Shown here piece after piece: positions 28,240-41,586 of a stretch of DNA of 64,000 nt. Position 1 is the stretch's first letter; every line of letters starts with the position of its first letter. Source of the DNA: Eledone cirrhosa (lineage: Eukaryota). Under the pieces are notes generated by a model, which did not search any database, was not told where the DNA came from, and saw only the letters and a list, made by a program, of their open reading frames with translations. The stretch is taken from positions 237,894,001 to 237,958,000 of the forward strand of contig OZ024740.1 of NCBI GenBank assembly GCA_964016885.1, in the 5' to 3' direction. Both the position numbers and the translations under genes were made by a program.

Positions 28240-28945
28240 TTTCTTTATTTGCAACAAGGGCGCAAAAGATGGGGACAAATACAATTAGGGCGTTTACATA
28301 CGAGGCGTGTAAAAATGTATAATAAAAATGATCAATAAAACAAACAAAATCCCCAATACAGGGGGAGGCGTTACAAATGGGTTGCACACACCCCGAAAAA
28401 AAATGTACAACCCTCATCTCCAGGAGCACAAAGAGCGAGCACTCCTCTCCTCTCTTCCTCTTCCGGGCCCTACAGGCTTATATAAAGAGAAGGCCCAACC
28501 ACTCAGGCCATCCTTGCCTCATTCACCCACCTTTCGTAAAATTTGCTGGGGTACAGCACCTCTCTCTCCACTCTGATTCTTCTTCTAAAATGATATTTGA
28601 AGAAGCGAACCAGCTGTTCGCCGGAGAGAAAGGTATCTGACCTCAGCCCTTTCAGTCTCATCAATCATATAGCCTCTTTCACCATAGCAACTACACAGTG
28701 GAAAACCGCTTCTCCTTCGTTTTTGAAGGAAGGTGGCGGTTTGTTTCGCACTAATGGACTCGGTGGTCAACCGGATTTGTCCCACCCGCGACAGTAGTCG
28801 TTCTGCATAGCTCCACAGGTCGGTAACGCCCGGGCAGTGTACAAATGCGTGCGCGACAGTTTCCTCGTCCCGCACGCATCTCGGACCGATCTTTTTCGAG
28901 GGATCCCTGCCTGGGCGCCCGTGTCTGTAGAGCTTGTCCCGAACT
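28240..28945 (-). mobile_element. 5'-truncated Tx1/L1-type LINE (zf-RVT region and 3' UTR) in (GATA)n
   Basis: VRDKLYRHG..CPRC..ETVAHAFVHCP; ends AATAAAGAAA followed by (TCTA)n. Mirror copy at 41924-42628. Confidence 0.85.
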
Positions 28946-29199
28946 GATAGATAGATAGATAGGTATGTTTCTTTATTAGCCACAGGGGCACAAAAGAAGG
29001 GGACAAATACAAAGGGGGAAGTTTACATACAATAAAAACGTGTAAAATGTTATCACAAATGGAATTTAAAAAGTTAGTCGATTTTCCCCAATAGAGGGAG
29101 ACAGTTTATATGGGTAACACATACCCCCGAAAAAATGTGCAACCCTCATCTCCAGGAGTACGAAGAGTTTGTACTCCCTTCCTCTCCTCCTCCTTTTCC

Positions 29200-32154
29200 T
29201 CAACCTACAGGCTGATATAGAGAGAAGGCCCATTCACTCGGGCCATTCTCGCCACTTTCACCCACCTTTCATAAATCTTGCTGGGGTACAGCACCTCTCT
29301 CTACGCTTAGAGTTTCACCGAGCGCGTCGTCGCACTTGCTGCGGACCAACCCTCTATAGAATGACGAAGTGGAGTCTCCACTGATCGCCGGGTCCGCCTG
29401 CCAGAGGGCTGTGAGCGCCTGAGCACATTCGATGTGCCAGTCGCCCATTTTCCTCGGTCTTTGCTTGACCCAGGACTGCAGCTCGGTCAGCGAGACGAGT
29501 CGTGGGAAGGCTCGCCTCACGAACGGGGCCCACACCGGTTGTCCGGTGAGGAATACGTAGAGATGCCACAGCCTGAGCGCGTGTTTGCGCATCGTCAACC
29601 ACGGCATCCCCAGCCCTCCGTTAGAAGGGTGTTGGCAGCAGATGGATCTTCTCACCAAAGGAGCCCGCCTCTTCCAAAGGAATCGGAAGAGCGCGCGTTC
29701 CATTTTGGCGAGCGTTTTGGCTGGACAAGGCACGACGGTCAAGCGGTAGTAGATGGCGGACGCTATAAAAGTGTTCGCCACCTCCGCTCGACCTTTCAAG
29801 GATAGTTTGCACTCGGCCCACTTCTGGGTGAGTGCAAACACCTTGGCCGTCACTTCGTTCCAGTTCTTCTCCACCTGAAGGTCCGGACCAAACCAGACCC
29901 CGAGCAGCTTTACCGGTCCTTCCGTCCAGCGTCCGACGACGCCATCGGAAGGCATCGGTTTGCCTCTCCACGATCCGAGTTGCAAACCGATGGACTTGTC
30001 CCGGTTCAGCTTCGCTCCTGTGAGACTTTCGTATTCCTTCAGTAAGGTGCTGACTTCCTCGATTTGCGAGGCGCTCGACACCACTACTGTCACGTCGTCG
30101 GCGTAGGCCGACGCCGCTTTCCGCAGTCCCGGTTCCAGAGGGATGCCCTGCAATAGCTCCAACTTCTGCAGTAGTGACTCGAGAGTCAGTACGTACAGAA
30201 GGGAGGAGAGAGGGCATCCCTGTCGAATGGATCGCGTAATATGGAACGGCTCCGAGAAGTAGCCGTTTACCTTGACCCTTGAGCAGATATTGCTGTTGTG
30301 CATTGCAGCAATCCAGCCCCTGAACACGGGTCCGAAGCCTGCCGCCTCGAGCACCGCATCCAGGTAACGATGGTCAACCCTATCGAAAGCCTTAGACTGA
30401 TCCAAGTTGATCAGGGCCCCACCGAAGCCGGGTTTATACCCTACCCTCTCTATGATGTATCGCATGAGGTGGAGGTTGTCGTGTATGGACCTGGTCGGGA
30501 TTGCGCATGTCTGCGCTTCTCCCACCAGGTTCTCGACGACAAGCGCCAGCCTCTTTGCCAACACCTTGGCCAAAATCTGTAACTCTGTGTTTAGCAGAGT
30601 TATGGACCGGAAGTTGCCTATGTCATCCCCCTTATTCTCGTCCTTCCTGATTAGTGTGACCACGCCCCCCGGTTACAGAACTGGGAATTCTCCCGTTCTG
30701 TTGCCAGTTGCAGTAGACCGCTTCCAGGAGACCGGAGAATAAGTCCGGCATTGCTACGTAAGATTCGTAGGGTGGACCGTCGAGACCTGGAGATTTGCGT
30801 TTGCCGCATTGGCTCAGCGCGTCCCCTATCTCAGTGGCTGAAATCGGCTTTTCGCTGTGCGAGAGTCGTGGTAGGCCGTCGAGGTATGGACCGAAATCCA
30901 CAGCCTCTCCAAGCGCCCCCCCCCCCCGAACAGTTGAGCAAAGTGCCGCTGAAAAGCCGCACACATCTGCTTCGGCTCACGTATCACGCATCCGTTTTGG
31001 TCCTTCAAAGACCGAATCGTGGACTTGTTGCCACTTTTTGCCTCCGTCACTCGGGCCCAGCTAACAGCTTTGGCTCCCTCGTTTCCCAGAGCACGTATTT
31101 TGCTTCTGACAACGCAGCCCTCGTGCTTTGCGTCGAAGAACTGGTCCAAGGCCGTTCTCGTTGTTAGCACGCTGGCTACGTTGCCACTTCTAATTGCCTC
31201 TTCTACTTTATCTACCAGTTCCTTCTCGGTTCTATTTCTATCTAACGCTAATTCTTTACTAAAAACCATCGAGTCTAATCTAACTGCCCTCTTGAGAGAG
31301 TACCACCATCTGTTGTTGACAATGGCCCCTGTCAAGTGCTGTTTAACTAAAGTGCTAATTCGTCTGCTGTAGGCTTTGCTTGTCGGTAACGACAAGTTCA
31401 GCTTCCAGTAGCCGGGTCCTTGTCTATGGGTTCTATCAAGGTTGGCCATGCAGGTCACTAGTTTGTGATCTGAATAGGCAACCATGAACATTTGTGGACA
31501 GCTTAACATGTCCCTATCCTTATTTCTAACTAGAACCCTATCTAGGTACGATCTAGATGTTCCGCTACGATTACTCCATGTCCACAGTGGCGCAGTCGGA
31601 AAATCTAGTCGATATCTATCGGCCAGGTCAAATCGGTCGATTAACTGTTTGAGGCTGTTACATCCCCCTTTATCGGGACATTCTCCCACATAGTCCCAAC
31701 GTGCATCTAGGATTCCATTCCAGTCCCCCACTAAAAGCAAGGCGCGGGACGTTCCCAGAAAAGTCTCTAGACGTTTGAAGAAGTCTGGCCGCGGTGTCCC
31801 GGATGGGGCATATGCGGCCACCAGCCTGAAGGCTCCACCTTCACTACCGTCAACGTCTAGGACCACCAGTCGACCCTCCGGGTCCAGATGTACCGTCTGT
31901 GTTACGAGGCCCAGGTGTTCCCGCAGCAAAACGGCAACTCCTCCCCCACCCTACCCACCCCCCGGTTGACAGAGAGATGCGTAGATCTCAAAGTCATTGA
32001 AGATGGGGGCCAGCTGTCGCTCGCTGTGGATCCTGGACTCGCAAATGGCTACCACATCCATACTGTGCGACCTGAGGTCGTTTAAGAGTTTGCCCTGTTT
32101 CCAGGGCATCCCCAGGCCGCGTACGTTCACACATCCAACTCTTATATTGGTCAT
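29200..32154 (-). pseudogene. Tx1-type ORF2 (APE-RT), broken by frameshifts and a C-terminal deletion
   Basis: Pieces 31951-32154, 30826-31929, 30632-30964 and 29269-30663 together give an APE-RT polyprotein; frameshifts fall at G runs. Confidence 0.88.
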
Positions 32155-32187
32155 GTTGGTGCTGAAAAGTTAAAAGAGGAAAAGAGA

Positions 32188-33627
32188 TCACTCACCCTTC
32201 GTCTCCTGGGGACCAGGCCGCACGATTTCCATGGGGGTGTTGGAGGGGTTGTCTGGATGGGTGGTGGTTTCCGACGGCGTGGGGACGGAGATGTTTGGTG
32301 GGGTGGGGTCTGGTGGGATGGGGGTGTCTGGGGTGGGGAGACATTTGAGAAGGACGCGGTTGAGTGGTTTCACGCAGGAATTCCCCACATCCTTCTCAAA
32401 TGTTTCTTTTAGGGACCTATAAGTTTGTATAGGGACCCTAATCAGTTTTAGGTTCAGTTTTTTGCTATTTTTAATAGAGTGGGCGAAAATTTTCCCTTCG
32501 GTTTTTACCGAAGGGTCGTTCGTGATGGTCTCCATTAGTGTTTTGTTTTCAGTGTTTATGTAAGTGTAAGTGTAATTTTCTTGTGTTGTGTTTGTTTTTG
32601 TCTGTAGTTCTTGTGTGTGCTTTCGTTTTGTTGTAGGTATTTTGTTTTCAGGAGGTGGGGGTTTTGTTTGTGATGTTTTTGTTGTTTGTGTTGGTGGTTG
32701 TATGTTTGTGGTAGTGTTTGCTGGTTTTTTGTTTTTGTGATGTCTTTTCTTTCTTTTCGAGCGATGGGGTTCTCCCTCGTCTTCACTGGGTGATGGCGAG
32801 ATAGCCTCATCTGTTGTACCGTCTGTGTGATTGGGGAGTGGTATGTCTTGGGGAGCTGTTGTGTCTGTATGTGATTTTGCAGTGGTTTTAGGTGGAGTGG
32901 GGTTGGGTGGGACTGTGTTTGTTGTGGTTATTTTTGTGTGTTGGTGTTGTTGTTGTTGTGGTGGTGTTGGTGGTTGTGTTGTTTTGATGGGTGTCGGCAG
33001 AAGAGCCTTTTTTTTATTCATTAATTTAGGACAGGAAGCCCTCAGGTGAGCCCTGCTAAAGCAATGGTAACATGAAGGCCGCCTACCCTCAACCGAAAAG
33101 TTTATGTAGGTGAGTCCGTCCAGGAGTACACGTTGTGGGATCGTAGCTATTCGCTCTGGGCTCATTTGCACCAGAACTTCAATGCTAGTCCCATTGAATA
33201 CATCTCTGGGGGACTTTCCTACTGACAGTATTCTGTCTTCATCAAAATTGATGAAGCCGCACAGTATCCACCATATGTTCACCTTTGGTGTGACACTCGT
33301 GATTCTGATCTTTTGTGTCCTTTTTCCCATGTACGTAGGGAAAAAGGTGTACAGGTTGGATACAATTGGCGACACAGAGTAATTTTGGGCCGTCAATTGA
33401 TCCTTCATGAGTACCGAAATACTCCCAAAAAGTTTGCTTCTTTGAATGAATGCAATATCATTCATTGAATTTTTGAAAACCAGTTCAATTTCTTTCTGTG
33501 ACAATTGGACTGGTTTTCGGGTAAAATTAGAAACTGTCCTAAAAACTATTGTTTTGAGAGCAGTTTCCTTGCGAATTCCTACCGGAGAATTGATGCTGAA
33601 AGCACCATTTTTTTTAGAAAGTGACAT
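32188..33627 (-). CDS. Tx1-type ORF1 (gag-like, zinc knuckle CYHCFSRAHLRASC, Pro/Thr-rich C-terminus)
   Basis: 479 aa open frame. The Asn-rich ORF 33654-34016 (ISFAEKVKK) is probably its frameshifted N-terminus. Confidence 0.8.
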   Translation of the reverse strand: MSLSKKNGAFSINSPVGIRKETALKTIVFRTVSNFTRKPVQLSQKEIELVFKNSMNDIAFIQRSKLFGSISVLMKDQLTAQNYSVSPIVSNLYTFFPTYMGKRTQKIRITSVTPKVNIWWILCGFINFDEDRILSVGKSPRDVFNGTSIEVLVQMSPERIATIPQRVLLDGLTYINFSVEGRRPSCYHCFSRAHLRASCPKLMNKKKALLPTPIKTTQPPTPPQQQQHQHTKITTTNTVPPNPTPPKTTAKSHTDTTAPQDIPLPNHTDGTTDEAISPSPSEDEGEPHRSKRKKRHHKNKKPANTTTNIQPPTQTTKTSQTKPPPPENKIPTTKRKHTQELQTKTNTTQENYTYTYINTENKTLMETITNDPSVKTEGKIFAHSIKNSKKLNLKLIRVPIQTYRSLKETFEKDVGNSCVKPLNRVLLKCLPTPDTPIPPDPTPPNISVPTPSETTTHPDNPSNTPMEIVRPGPQETKGE

Positions 33628-34325
33628 ATCTCCTAGCGTCCTTTAAAAGTTGTTCAGCATTTGTTATGTCGAGATATATCAATTCTTCCTTTTTTTTTAA
33701 CTTTCTCTGCAAAGGAGATTTTTGGTTTCTTTGTGGAATTATCCGTGTTGTTGGTGTTGTCATTATTGTTGTTATTGTTGTTGTTATTCTTGTTGTCACC
33801 GATGTTGATATTATTCGTATTTTCCTTGGTGTTGTTGTTGTCTTTGATGCTGGTGTTATTGGTGTTGTCTTTATTTTTTTCGTTGTTGTTGTTATCATTG
33901 CTGCTTTTATCATCATTATTGGTGTTGCTGTTATTTTTGTTGTCATTGAGCTGTTTGGTGTCATTTGTGTTGTTTGGATGTGAATTCGTTTTTACATTTT
34001 CATTTTGTCTTTCCATCTCTATAGTATCTAGTGAAGAAGACGTTGTTGACTGCGAGCTTTGTAGTCTTACCGCCTCTCCACCACCATTATCGTTGGACCA
34101 GCGTTCATAACGTAATCAAAATTTTACAATATTTTTTCCAAGATTCGATGGAGAAAAAATTTTCCAATGGATATTCCGCCCCTGTAGGCGCGAAAATGAG
34201 TTGACCCACCACCTGAAGGTCCAGACGAGGAGTCAAGTTACACAATGATATAAAATTTAACTAAAAACTCACGTTTTTTTCTTACATAAATTAACGGAAA
34301 CTTCTCCGCGAAGTTACACACGTCT

Positions 34326-34525
<200 letters not shown>

Positions 34526-34528
<3 letters not shown>

Positions 34529-34719
34529 GAGAACGGGCTGAATAGTTCATAGGCTGACTATGACGTTAGCGCTGTGAAATCTTGCATACATTAATTTCAA
34601 CTCTTCTTATTAATAATTGCATTGTTTCTTTCCTGAGACTACGTTGAAAAATAATCCTTATTTGATCATTCCATGAGAGTATCTTGGTCAGCCTATGAAC
34701 TTTTCAGCTGACCCCCGTA
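34526..34719. mobile_element. Mariner-type MITE (~190 bp)
   Basis: TIRs GCTGAATAGTTCATAGGCTGAC / GTCAGCCTATGAACTTTTCAGC; one end reads ...CCCCCG|TA. Mirror copy at 40840-41032. Confidence 0.7.
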
Positions 34720-35809
34720 TGTACACACAACCGACTTCTGTACAGTTTCCATGAACAGAATTCTACTCACAAGATATTGATTAATCAGAGGCTATATAGT
34801 AGAAGGTACTTGCCCAAGATACTGCACATTGTGATTTAATCTGGAACCACTTAACTTTTTAACTATTCAGATATGCCTGTATCTATGTTCTACAGATGTT
34901 GTGCAATAACAGGTCAACTTTTGGAGGAGTTTAAATCAAGCTTCAATAGATTTGCCACTATATAAAAATCAGTTTATTACTGAACTTTTTACATTGGCAT
35001 CAAATATGAATGCATCAAATATTAAGTTGATAAGAAGAGATGCAACACTTTGATCTAAGTTAAAATGCTGATAAGTAATTAATCCAACAAAAAAGCCTCC
35101 ATCACGTTTATTTACCCTAAAAGATTTTTTTTCTTTTTTTAGATTTAAACTTAGATTTATTGTAATAGAAAATATACTGCAGTAAAAAGAAAAACTCTAT
35201 TAAATCACAACATATTCTCTTAAAACGATATATTTTAAGACATGTCGGATAGTTCTAGATACACTATGTTTGAAAATGATATTATATGAAGGGCCACAAC
35301 AGGTGGTGAGAAGATATTGTGAGGTCTGTTTTGTTGACAAGTCAACGTACAAAAGAACATTATGGTCGATAAAATAAAGTACCAGTAATGCACTGGGTAA
35401 TTTGCTGGCCTTGTGCCTAAAGTAGAAACAATTATATTGTATAACAGAAAGTTTAGGTTTCGTAGGCAATGTTTCATTGTCTTCACAATCCTTGCTATCT
35501 TTGCTGTCATCAATGAGAACTTCATATGTTATTTCTTTTCCTGTTAACTTTTGGTATCCAGTGTCACTCTACTGATATCATAATCATTGACAAATCTTTC
35601 AACATGAAGCCATTGAATTGAGTATTATAGACTAGAAGTTAAGATTTTTGTTCTCTTTTGTCTTCCTTAGGAATATTCTCTTCCCTCACTAGGAAAAGTT
35701 CATCAAAATATCTTCACCAGTACAAACACTTGTAGGCTGCAATTATACCTTGATACATTGGCTAGATCATGGAGGCAACATTTGCTGGCAAGAACATGCA
35801 CCTTATCAT

Positions 35810-35986
35810 TTGGCAGTATCGGTAGAGGGTTGGACACCATGCTTTCCAGCATAGAGTTTACGATCCGAGTTCAAATCCCGCCGAGGTTAACTTTGCCTTT
35901 CATTTTTACGGGGTCGATAAAATGAAGTACCAGTAATGCACTGAGATAATTGCTGGCTTTGTGCCAAAAGTAGAAACAATTATTAC
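35810..35986 (+). mobile_element. tRNA-derived SINE
   Basis: Same family as 2814-3005. A 3' fragment also lies at 35366-35433; mirrors at 38874-39049 and 39425-39492. Confidence 0.85.
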
Positions 35987-37217
35987 TAACAAGTTGGTGA
36001 CCACCTAGATGAGTACGTGAATTGTTCAAAATAATGTCAGGTCAGGTTTCTGCCTGTTACTGGTACCATGTAACCTAGTACAACCTGCTTCATGGTTGGT
36101 TGACAACTAACTGGCTGCTTCACCAAACCCTGGTCTGGTGAGGAAGATAAGTCGGACCCCAGCAGCACAAAAAACAAGACCTGTCAAAGGACTGATGAAC
36201 TCCTCAGAGTCAACGCTCATCCACCCCAACTGGAGTCCACTTGACAAAGCATGGTGTGTACAGTTAAACCCTGATGACATGACCAAACCCAAAAGTGGTG
36301 GAGGTCAATCAGAGAGGGGTTCCTCCTATAAGAGTGAGAAGGTCTTGGATTGGATTTGCTAATCAAAAGAATGTTTCAGGAAATATTGTTGCCATTTATG
36401 TACTGCAAAAAACCCCACTCAATAAAGGTATCCATGCTGAAATATGATTTCTTGAAATAGTACACTGGTAATTGGTACATTATTTCTTTTAAAACCCACA
36501 GGCATACTGGCTTTCCTGCCACCACTAACTCTAAAATATGTTTATCTTCTGAGTTTATACAATAGAATATTGAAAAATATTCCTTGTTTAATTTAGGGAC
36601 AAATGTGGCAGCTTCATTATTAAAAGCTTGAGTAATCCAGGATAATCACTGCCAATACAACCCAGTAGCATTCTCATTAAACTGCTAAAAAATTAGGAGC
36701 CCTTCACACTTAATTAATTAATTCAATTTCTTCCTGAATAATTTGAATTCCTCAGTTGATGTGCTACTTGCTTCACCCTGAATAATTTCAGAATGTGTTC
36801 CATGGTGATTTCTAAATCACCATAACAACCCATCACTAGCTTCAAAATTTGTTATGCTTAATTAGCTTGAGAGGAAAAGTTTGAATTTCTACACTGTAAA
36901 TGTTGTTATCACAGGATTGTTGTTATCTAAATCACTTCATTACTGCAGCCTCAATATTTGTAACTTTTGCCACTTTGTCATGCTTCTTTGCATTAACAGA
37001 GAATTATTTAAAGGCATCCACATTATATTTCAAATTCAGTGAATTTATCTTTAGCCTTGGGTATATTCAAAATTGTTTGCTTTTTAACTTAACATAACAC
37101 TCTTCACAAATTCTTGCCACCAAAGCACCAGCCTCTAAGTTCCTTATATGTTCCAGTTTTTGGTTCCTCAATAAAATCACATGCCTCCTTTTTAGATTAT
37201 GCGTGTGATCAAATTAA

Positions 37218-37962
37218 AAAGGGAGGAGGACACTCCAAGGCTATAGTATCTAGAATAAGGACAGGATGGAAGAAATTTAAGGAGCTACTTCCTCTGTTGA
37301 CAATGAATAGTTTCTCCCTATGAACGAATGGTCGGTTGTATGATGCCTCTGTGAGATGCACGATGCTGTATAATTGTGAGACATGAGCAGCAACTGTGTA
37401 GGATATGCGAAGGCTGGAGAGAAATTAACCAAGCATGCTCCAATGGATGTGCAATGTCAATGTTCATGAAAGACCAAGCATGGACGAGTTGAGAGAGAAA
37501 CTGTGTATAAAAGGAAGAAACAGTAGTGTGCAAGAAAGAAGACCATGGTATGGCCATGTGATGCACATGGATGATGACTGCTGGGTGAAGAAATGCCAGG
37601 TGATCCCAGTGGAAGGAAGACACAGTAGAGGAAGACTACGGAAGTCATGAGCGGAGGTGGTGAGAGCTGACTTCAGATCGCTGAAGTTCACAGAGGAGAT
37701 GATGAAGGACCGTGACAAATGAAGAGATGCTGTGCTGAAGAGGACCCTTTTTCTTTGTAGCCTACCAAACTCCTCTTTCTCTTTCCTGATGAAGAATTAA
37801 TGTCTGATATGTTGAGACATTGACACTTCCTTTCCAATAAGCATGAAACTAATAACACTTTATTTAATTGCATCGCTCTATTTGTCTTTTTTGTCTAACC
37901 CATGCTAGCATGGAAGATAGACGTTAAACGATGATGATGATGATGATGATGATAATGATGAT
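37218..37962 (+). mobile_element. RTE LINE 3' fragment in the palindrome spacer
   Basis: RIRTGWKKFKELLPLLT...WMCNV...WYGHVMHM...GRLRKS; (GAT)n tail. Confidence 0.8.
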
Positions 37963-38316
37963 GTTTATCTTTTTTAATCTTGAATTATATATATATACAC
38001 ATACATAACTGCAGTCTGGTGACTGAAACCAGTCAAAGACTAAAAGAATATATATATATCATGATTATCATTATCACCATCGTCATTATCATCATTATCA
38101 TCATTATCATTATTATCATCATTATCATCATCACTATTATCATCATCAACATTATCATCATTATTATCATTTAATGTCCATTTTCCGCACTTGCATGGGT
38201 TAGACAGATGGTCATGTTATGAGACAAGTCAAATCCGGATGTAATTAGTCCATATGGATTTATATTTGGGATTGATTTCTACAGCCAGATGTCCTTCCTA
38301 ACACCAATCACATTAC

Positions 38317-38399
38317 AGTATGGATTGGATGCTTTTTATCATGGCTCCAACATCAGGTGGTTGTGTTGGTGCCATGATAAAAAGCATCTAATCCACACT
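38317..38399. repeat. 36-bp fold-back hairpin at the inner junction of the inverted duplication
   Basis: 38317-38352 pairs with 38364-38399 (33/36), 11-nt loop. Confidence 0.9.
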
Positions 38400-40117
38400 A
38401 TTTCAAGAAATCATATTTCAGCATGGATACCTTTATTGAGTGGGGTTTTTTGCAGTACATAAATGGCAACAATATTTCCTGAAACATTCTTTTGATTAGC
38501 AAATCCAATCCAAGACCTTCTCACTCTTATAGGAGGAACCCCTCTCTGATTGACCTCCACCACTTTTGGGTTTGGTCATGTCATCAGGGTTTAACTGTAC
38601 ACACCATGCTTTGTCAAGTGGACTCCAGTTGGGGTGGATGAGCGTTGACTCTGAGGAGTTCATCAGTCCTTTGACAGGTCTTGTTTTTTGTGCTGCTGGG
38701 GTCCGACTTATCTTCCTCACCAGACCAGGGTTTGGTGAAGCAGCCAGTTAGTTGTCAACCAACCATGAAGCAGGTTGTACTAGGTTACATGGTACCAGTA
38801 ACAGGCAGAAACCTGACCTGACATTATTTTGAACAATTCACGTACTCATCTAGGTGGTCACCAACTTGTTAGTAATAATTGTTTCTACTTTTGGCACAAA
38901 GCCAGCAATTATCTCAGTGCATTACTGGTACTTCATTTTATCGACCCCGTAAAAATGAAAGGCAAAGTTAACCTCGGCGGGATTTGAACTCGGATCGTAA
39001 ACTCTATGCTGGAAAGCATGGTGTCCAACCCTCTACCGATACTGCCAAATGATAAGGTGCATGTTCTTGCCAGCAAATGTTGCCTCCATGATCTAGCCAA
39101 TGTATCAAGGTATAATTGCAGCCTACAAGTGTTCGTACTGGTGAAGATATTTTGATGAACTTTTCCTAGTGAGGGAAGAAAATATTCCTAAGGAAGACAA
39201 AAGAGAACAAAAATCTTAACTTCTAGTCTATAATACTCGATTCAATGGCTTCATGTTGAAAGATTTGTCAATGATTATGATATCAGTAGAGTGACACTGG
39301 ATACCAAAAGTTAACAGGAAAAGAAATAACATATGAAGTTCTCATTGATGACAGCAAAGATAGCAAGGATTGTGAAGACAATGAAACATTGCCTACGAAA
39401 CCTAAACTTTCTGTTATACAATATAATTGTTTCTACTTTAGGCACAAGGCCAGCAAATTACCCAGTGCATTATGGTACTTTATTTTATCGACCATAATGT
39501 TCTTTTGTACGTTGACTTGTCAACAAAACAGGCCTCACAATATCTTCTCACCACCTGTTGTGGCCCTTCATATAATATCATTTTCAAACATAGTGTATCT
39601 AGAACTATCCGACATGTCTTAAAATATATCGTTTTAAGAGAATATGTTGGGATTTAATAGAGTTTTTCTTTTTACTGCAGTATATTTTCTATTACAATAA
39701 ATCTAAGTTTAAATCTAAAAAAAGAAAAAAAATCTTTTAGGGTAAATAAACGTGATGGAGGCTTTTTTGTTGGATTAATTACTTATCAACATTTTAACTT
39801 AGATCAAAGTGTTGCATCTCTTCTTATCAACTTAATATTTGATGCATTCATATTTGATGCCAATGTAAAAAGTTCAGTAATAAACTGATTTTTATATAGT
39901 GGCAAATCTATTGAAGCTTGATTTAAACTCCTCCAAAAGTTGACCTGTTATTGCACAACATCTGTAGAACATAGATACAGGCATATCTGAATAGTTAAAA
40001 AGTTAAGTGGTTCCAGATTAAATCACAATGTGCAGTATCTTGAGCAAGTACCTTCTACTATATAGCCTCTGATTAATCAATATCTTGTGAGTAGAATTCT
40101 GTTCATGGAAACTGTAC

Positions 40118-40815
40118 AACTGTATGACAGCTGTATAAAAAAAGTGCAGGGTGATAAATATAGACGGTAGCCACGAAGTAGGCTGACCCAGAAAACCCTG
40201 GGACGACTTGATAAATTCCGACCTCACACACTTACACCTCTCCAAGACAATGTCACTGGACCGAGATCTTTGGTGCTACACAATTATACAGAAGACCCGC
40301 CTTGCCTAAGTACAAAGCGAAACCTACAGTCAGTAGGCACCTCTAACAAAATACACCCCCGTCCCACTACCTCACCACCCCCTTAAATGTGAAGTTATGT
40401 TGGTACCACAACATCCAGTCCAAAACAAATGAGGTCTTTTAGGTGTCACGACAAAAAAAAAACACACAGTCCACGCTGTAATGTGGCCGTGTAGGTAACA
40501 CGGTAAAAGCCTCCCAGTCCACACTGTAAACATGGTTGGTGTTGGGAAGGGCACCCAGCCGTAGAAAACCCGCCAGACGTGTAGGTGTCACAACAACAAA
40601 AACACACAGTCCACGCTGTAATGTGGCCGTGTAAGTAACACGGTAAAAACCTCCCAGTCAACACTGTAAACGTGGTTGGTGTTATTAAGGGCACCCAGCC
40701 GTAGAAAACCCGCCAGACAATCCTATACGAGCAGGACAACCAATCTCAAGTGGGAAAACTCCTGTTCAAACCCATGCAAGCGTGGAATATGGATGTTAAA
40801 CGATGATGATGATGA
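40118..40815 (+). mobile_element. RTE-type 3' fragment with an internal ~138 bp tandem duplication; right arm only
   Basis: G*PRKPWDDLI..DRDLW; repeats at 40440-40578 and 40581-40718; (GAT)n tail; TGTAC(A) at both junctions, single copy at the left-arm empty site ~34739-34744. Confidence 0.75.
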
Positions 40816-41547
40816 TGTACAGAAGTAGTTGTGTGTATATACGGGGGTCAGCTGAAAAGTTCATAGGCTGACCACGATACTCTCATGGAATGATCAAATA
40901 AGGATTATTTTTCAACGTAGTCTCAGGAAAGAAACAATGCAATTATTAATAAGAAGAGTTGAAATTAATGTATGCAAGATTTCACAGCTCTAACGTCATA
41001 GTCAGTCTATGAACTATTCAGCCCGCCCCCATTTATATATATATATATATATATATTGGTAAAAGGAAAAGAAAATGCTGACAAATTGTTCCCAGTGAAA
41101 AATAGTTTAATTAGGAATAAGTAAAAATTAGTAATAGTATTGGTTAGTATTCAGTTTTGGTTTTAAGTTTTACCGGTTGCACATTCCTAATGCTTTTCAA
41201 AAATAATTTGGAGATAGAGCGCCCGTGATGTTTGCTCTAATCTGATTAGTTTTGGAAATTCTACCTGTTTTATGTAAAAAAAGGTGGCTCCAGATGTATG
41301 AAAAAATTTGTGTGGTCAAAACAATTTTGATTGGTCGGTAGAGGTCATGTGAATGTTAAAAATTGATTTTGCGCCAAATGTAGGTTTGTCTCAGCTGATT
41401 GAGAAGTCACTAAAAAATAAGTCTTTCAAAACAAATATGTGTGTGTGTGTGTGTGTGTAGTAGTAAAGAGGTTCGTTGTTGTGATAATGATCAGCAGGGA
41501 TGTTTGTGCGAACTGCAGCCTGTTGACAGTTCAAATGCCTATTAAGA

Positions 41548-41586
<39 letters not shown>

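Larger units (their letters stand above)
28968..34325 (-). mobile_element. Near full-length Tx1/L1-clade LINE flanked by (GATA)n; left arm only
   Basis: ORF1 with a CCHC knuckle; ORF2 with APE (NVRGL, GDWN, SYLDR, SDH) and RT (DQSKAFDRV, RQGCPLS, AYADD). AATAAAGAAA 3' end. Confidence 0.93.

Noticed and set aside
33614-34110. Overlapping hydrophobic or Thr-rich ORFs
   Set aside because: Alternative frames of the (AAC/AAT)-rich N-terminus of Tx1 ORF1.
36138-36362. 74-aa ORF perfectly conserved in two copies
   Set aside because: Identity follows from its position near the palindrome centre; GTG start and no known motif.
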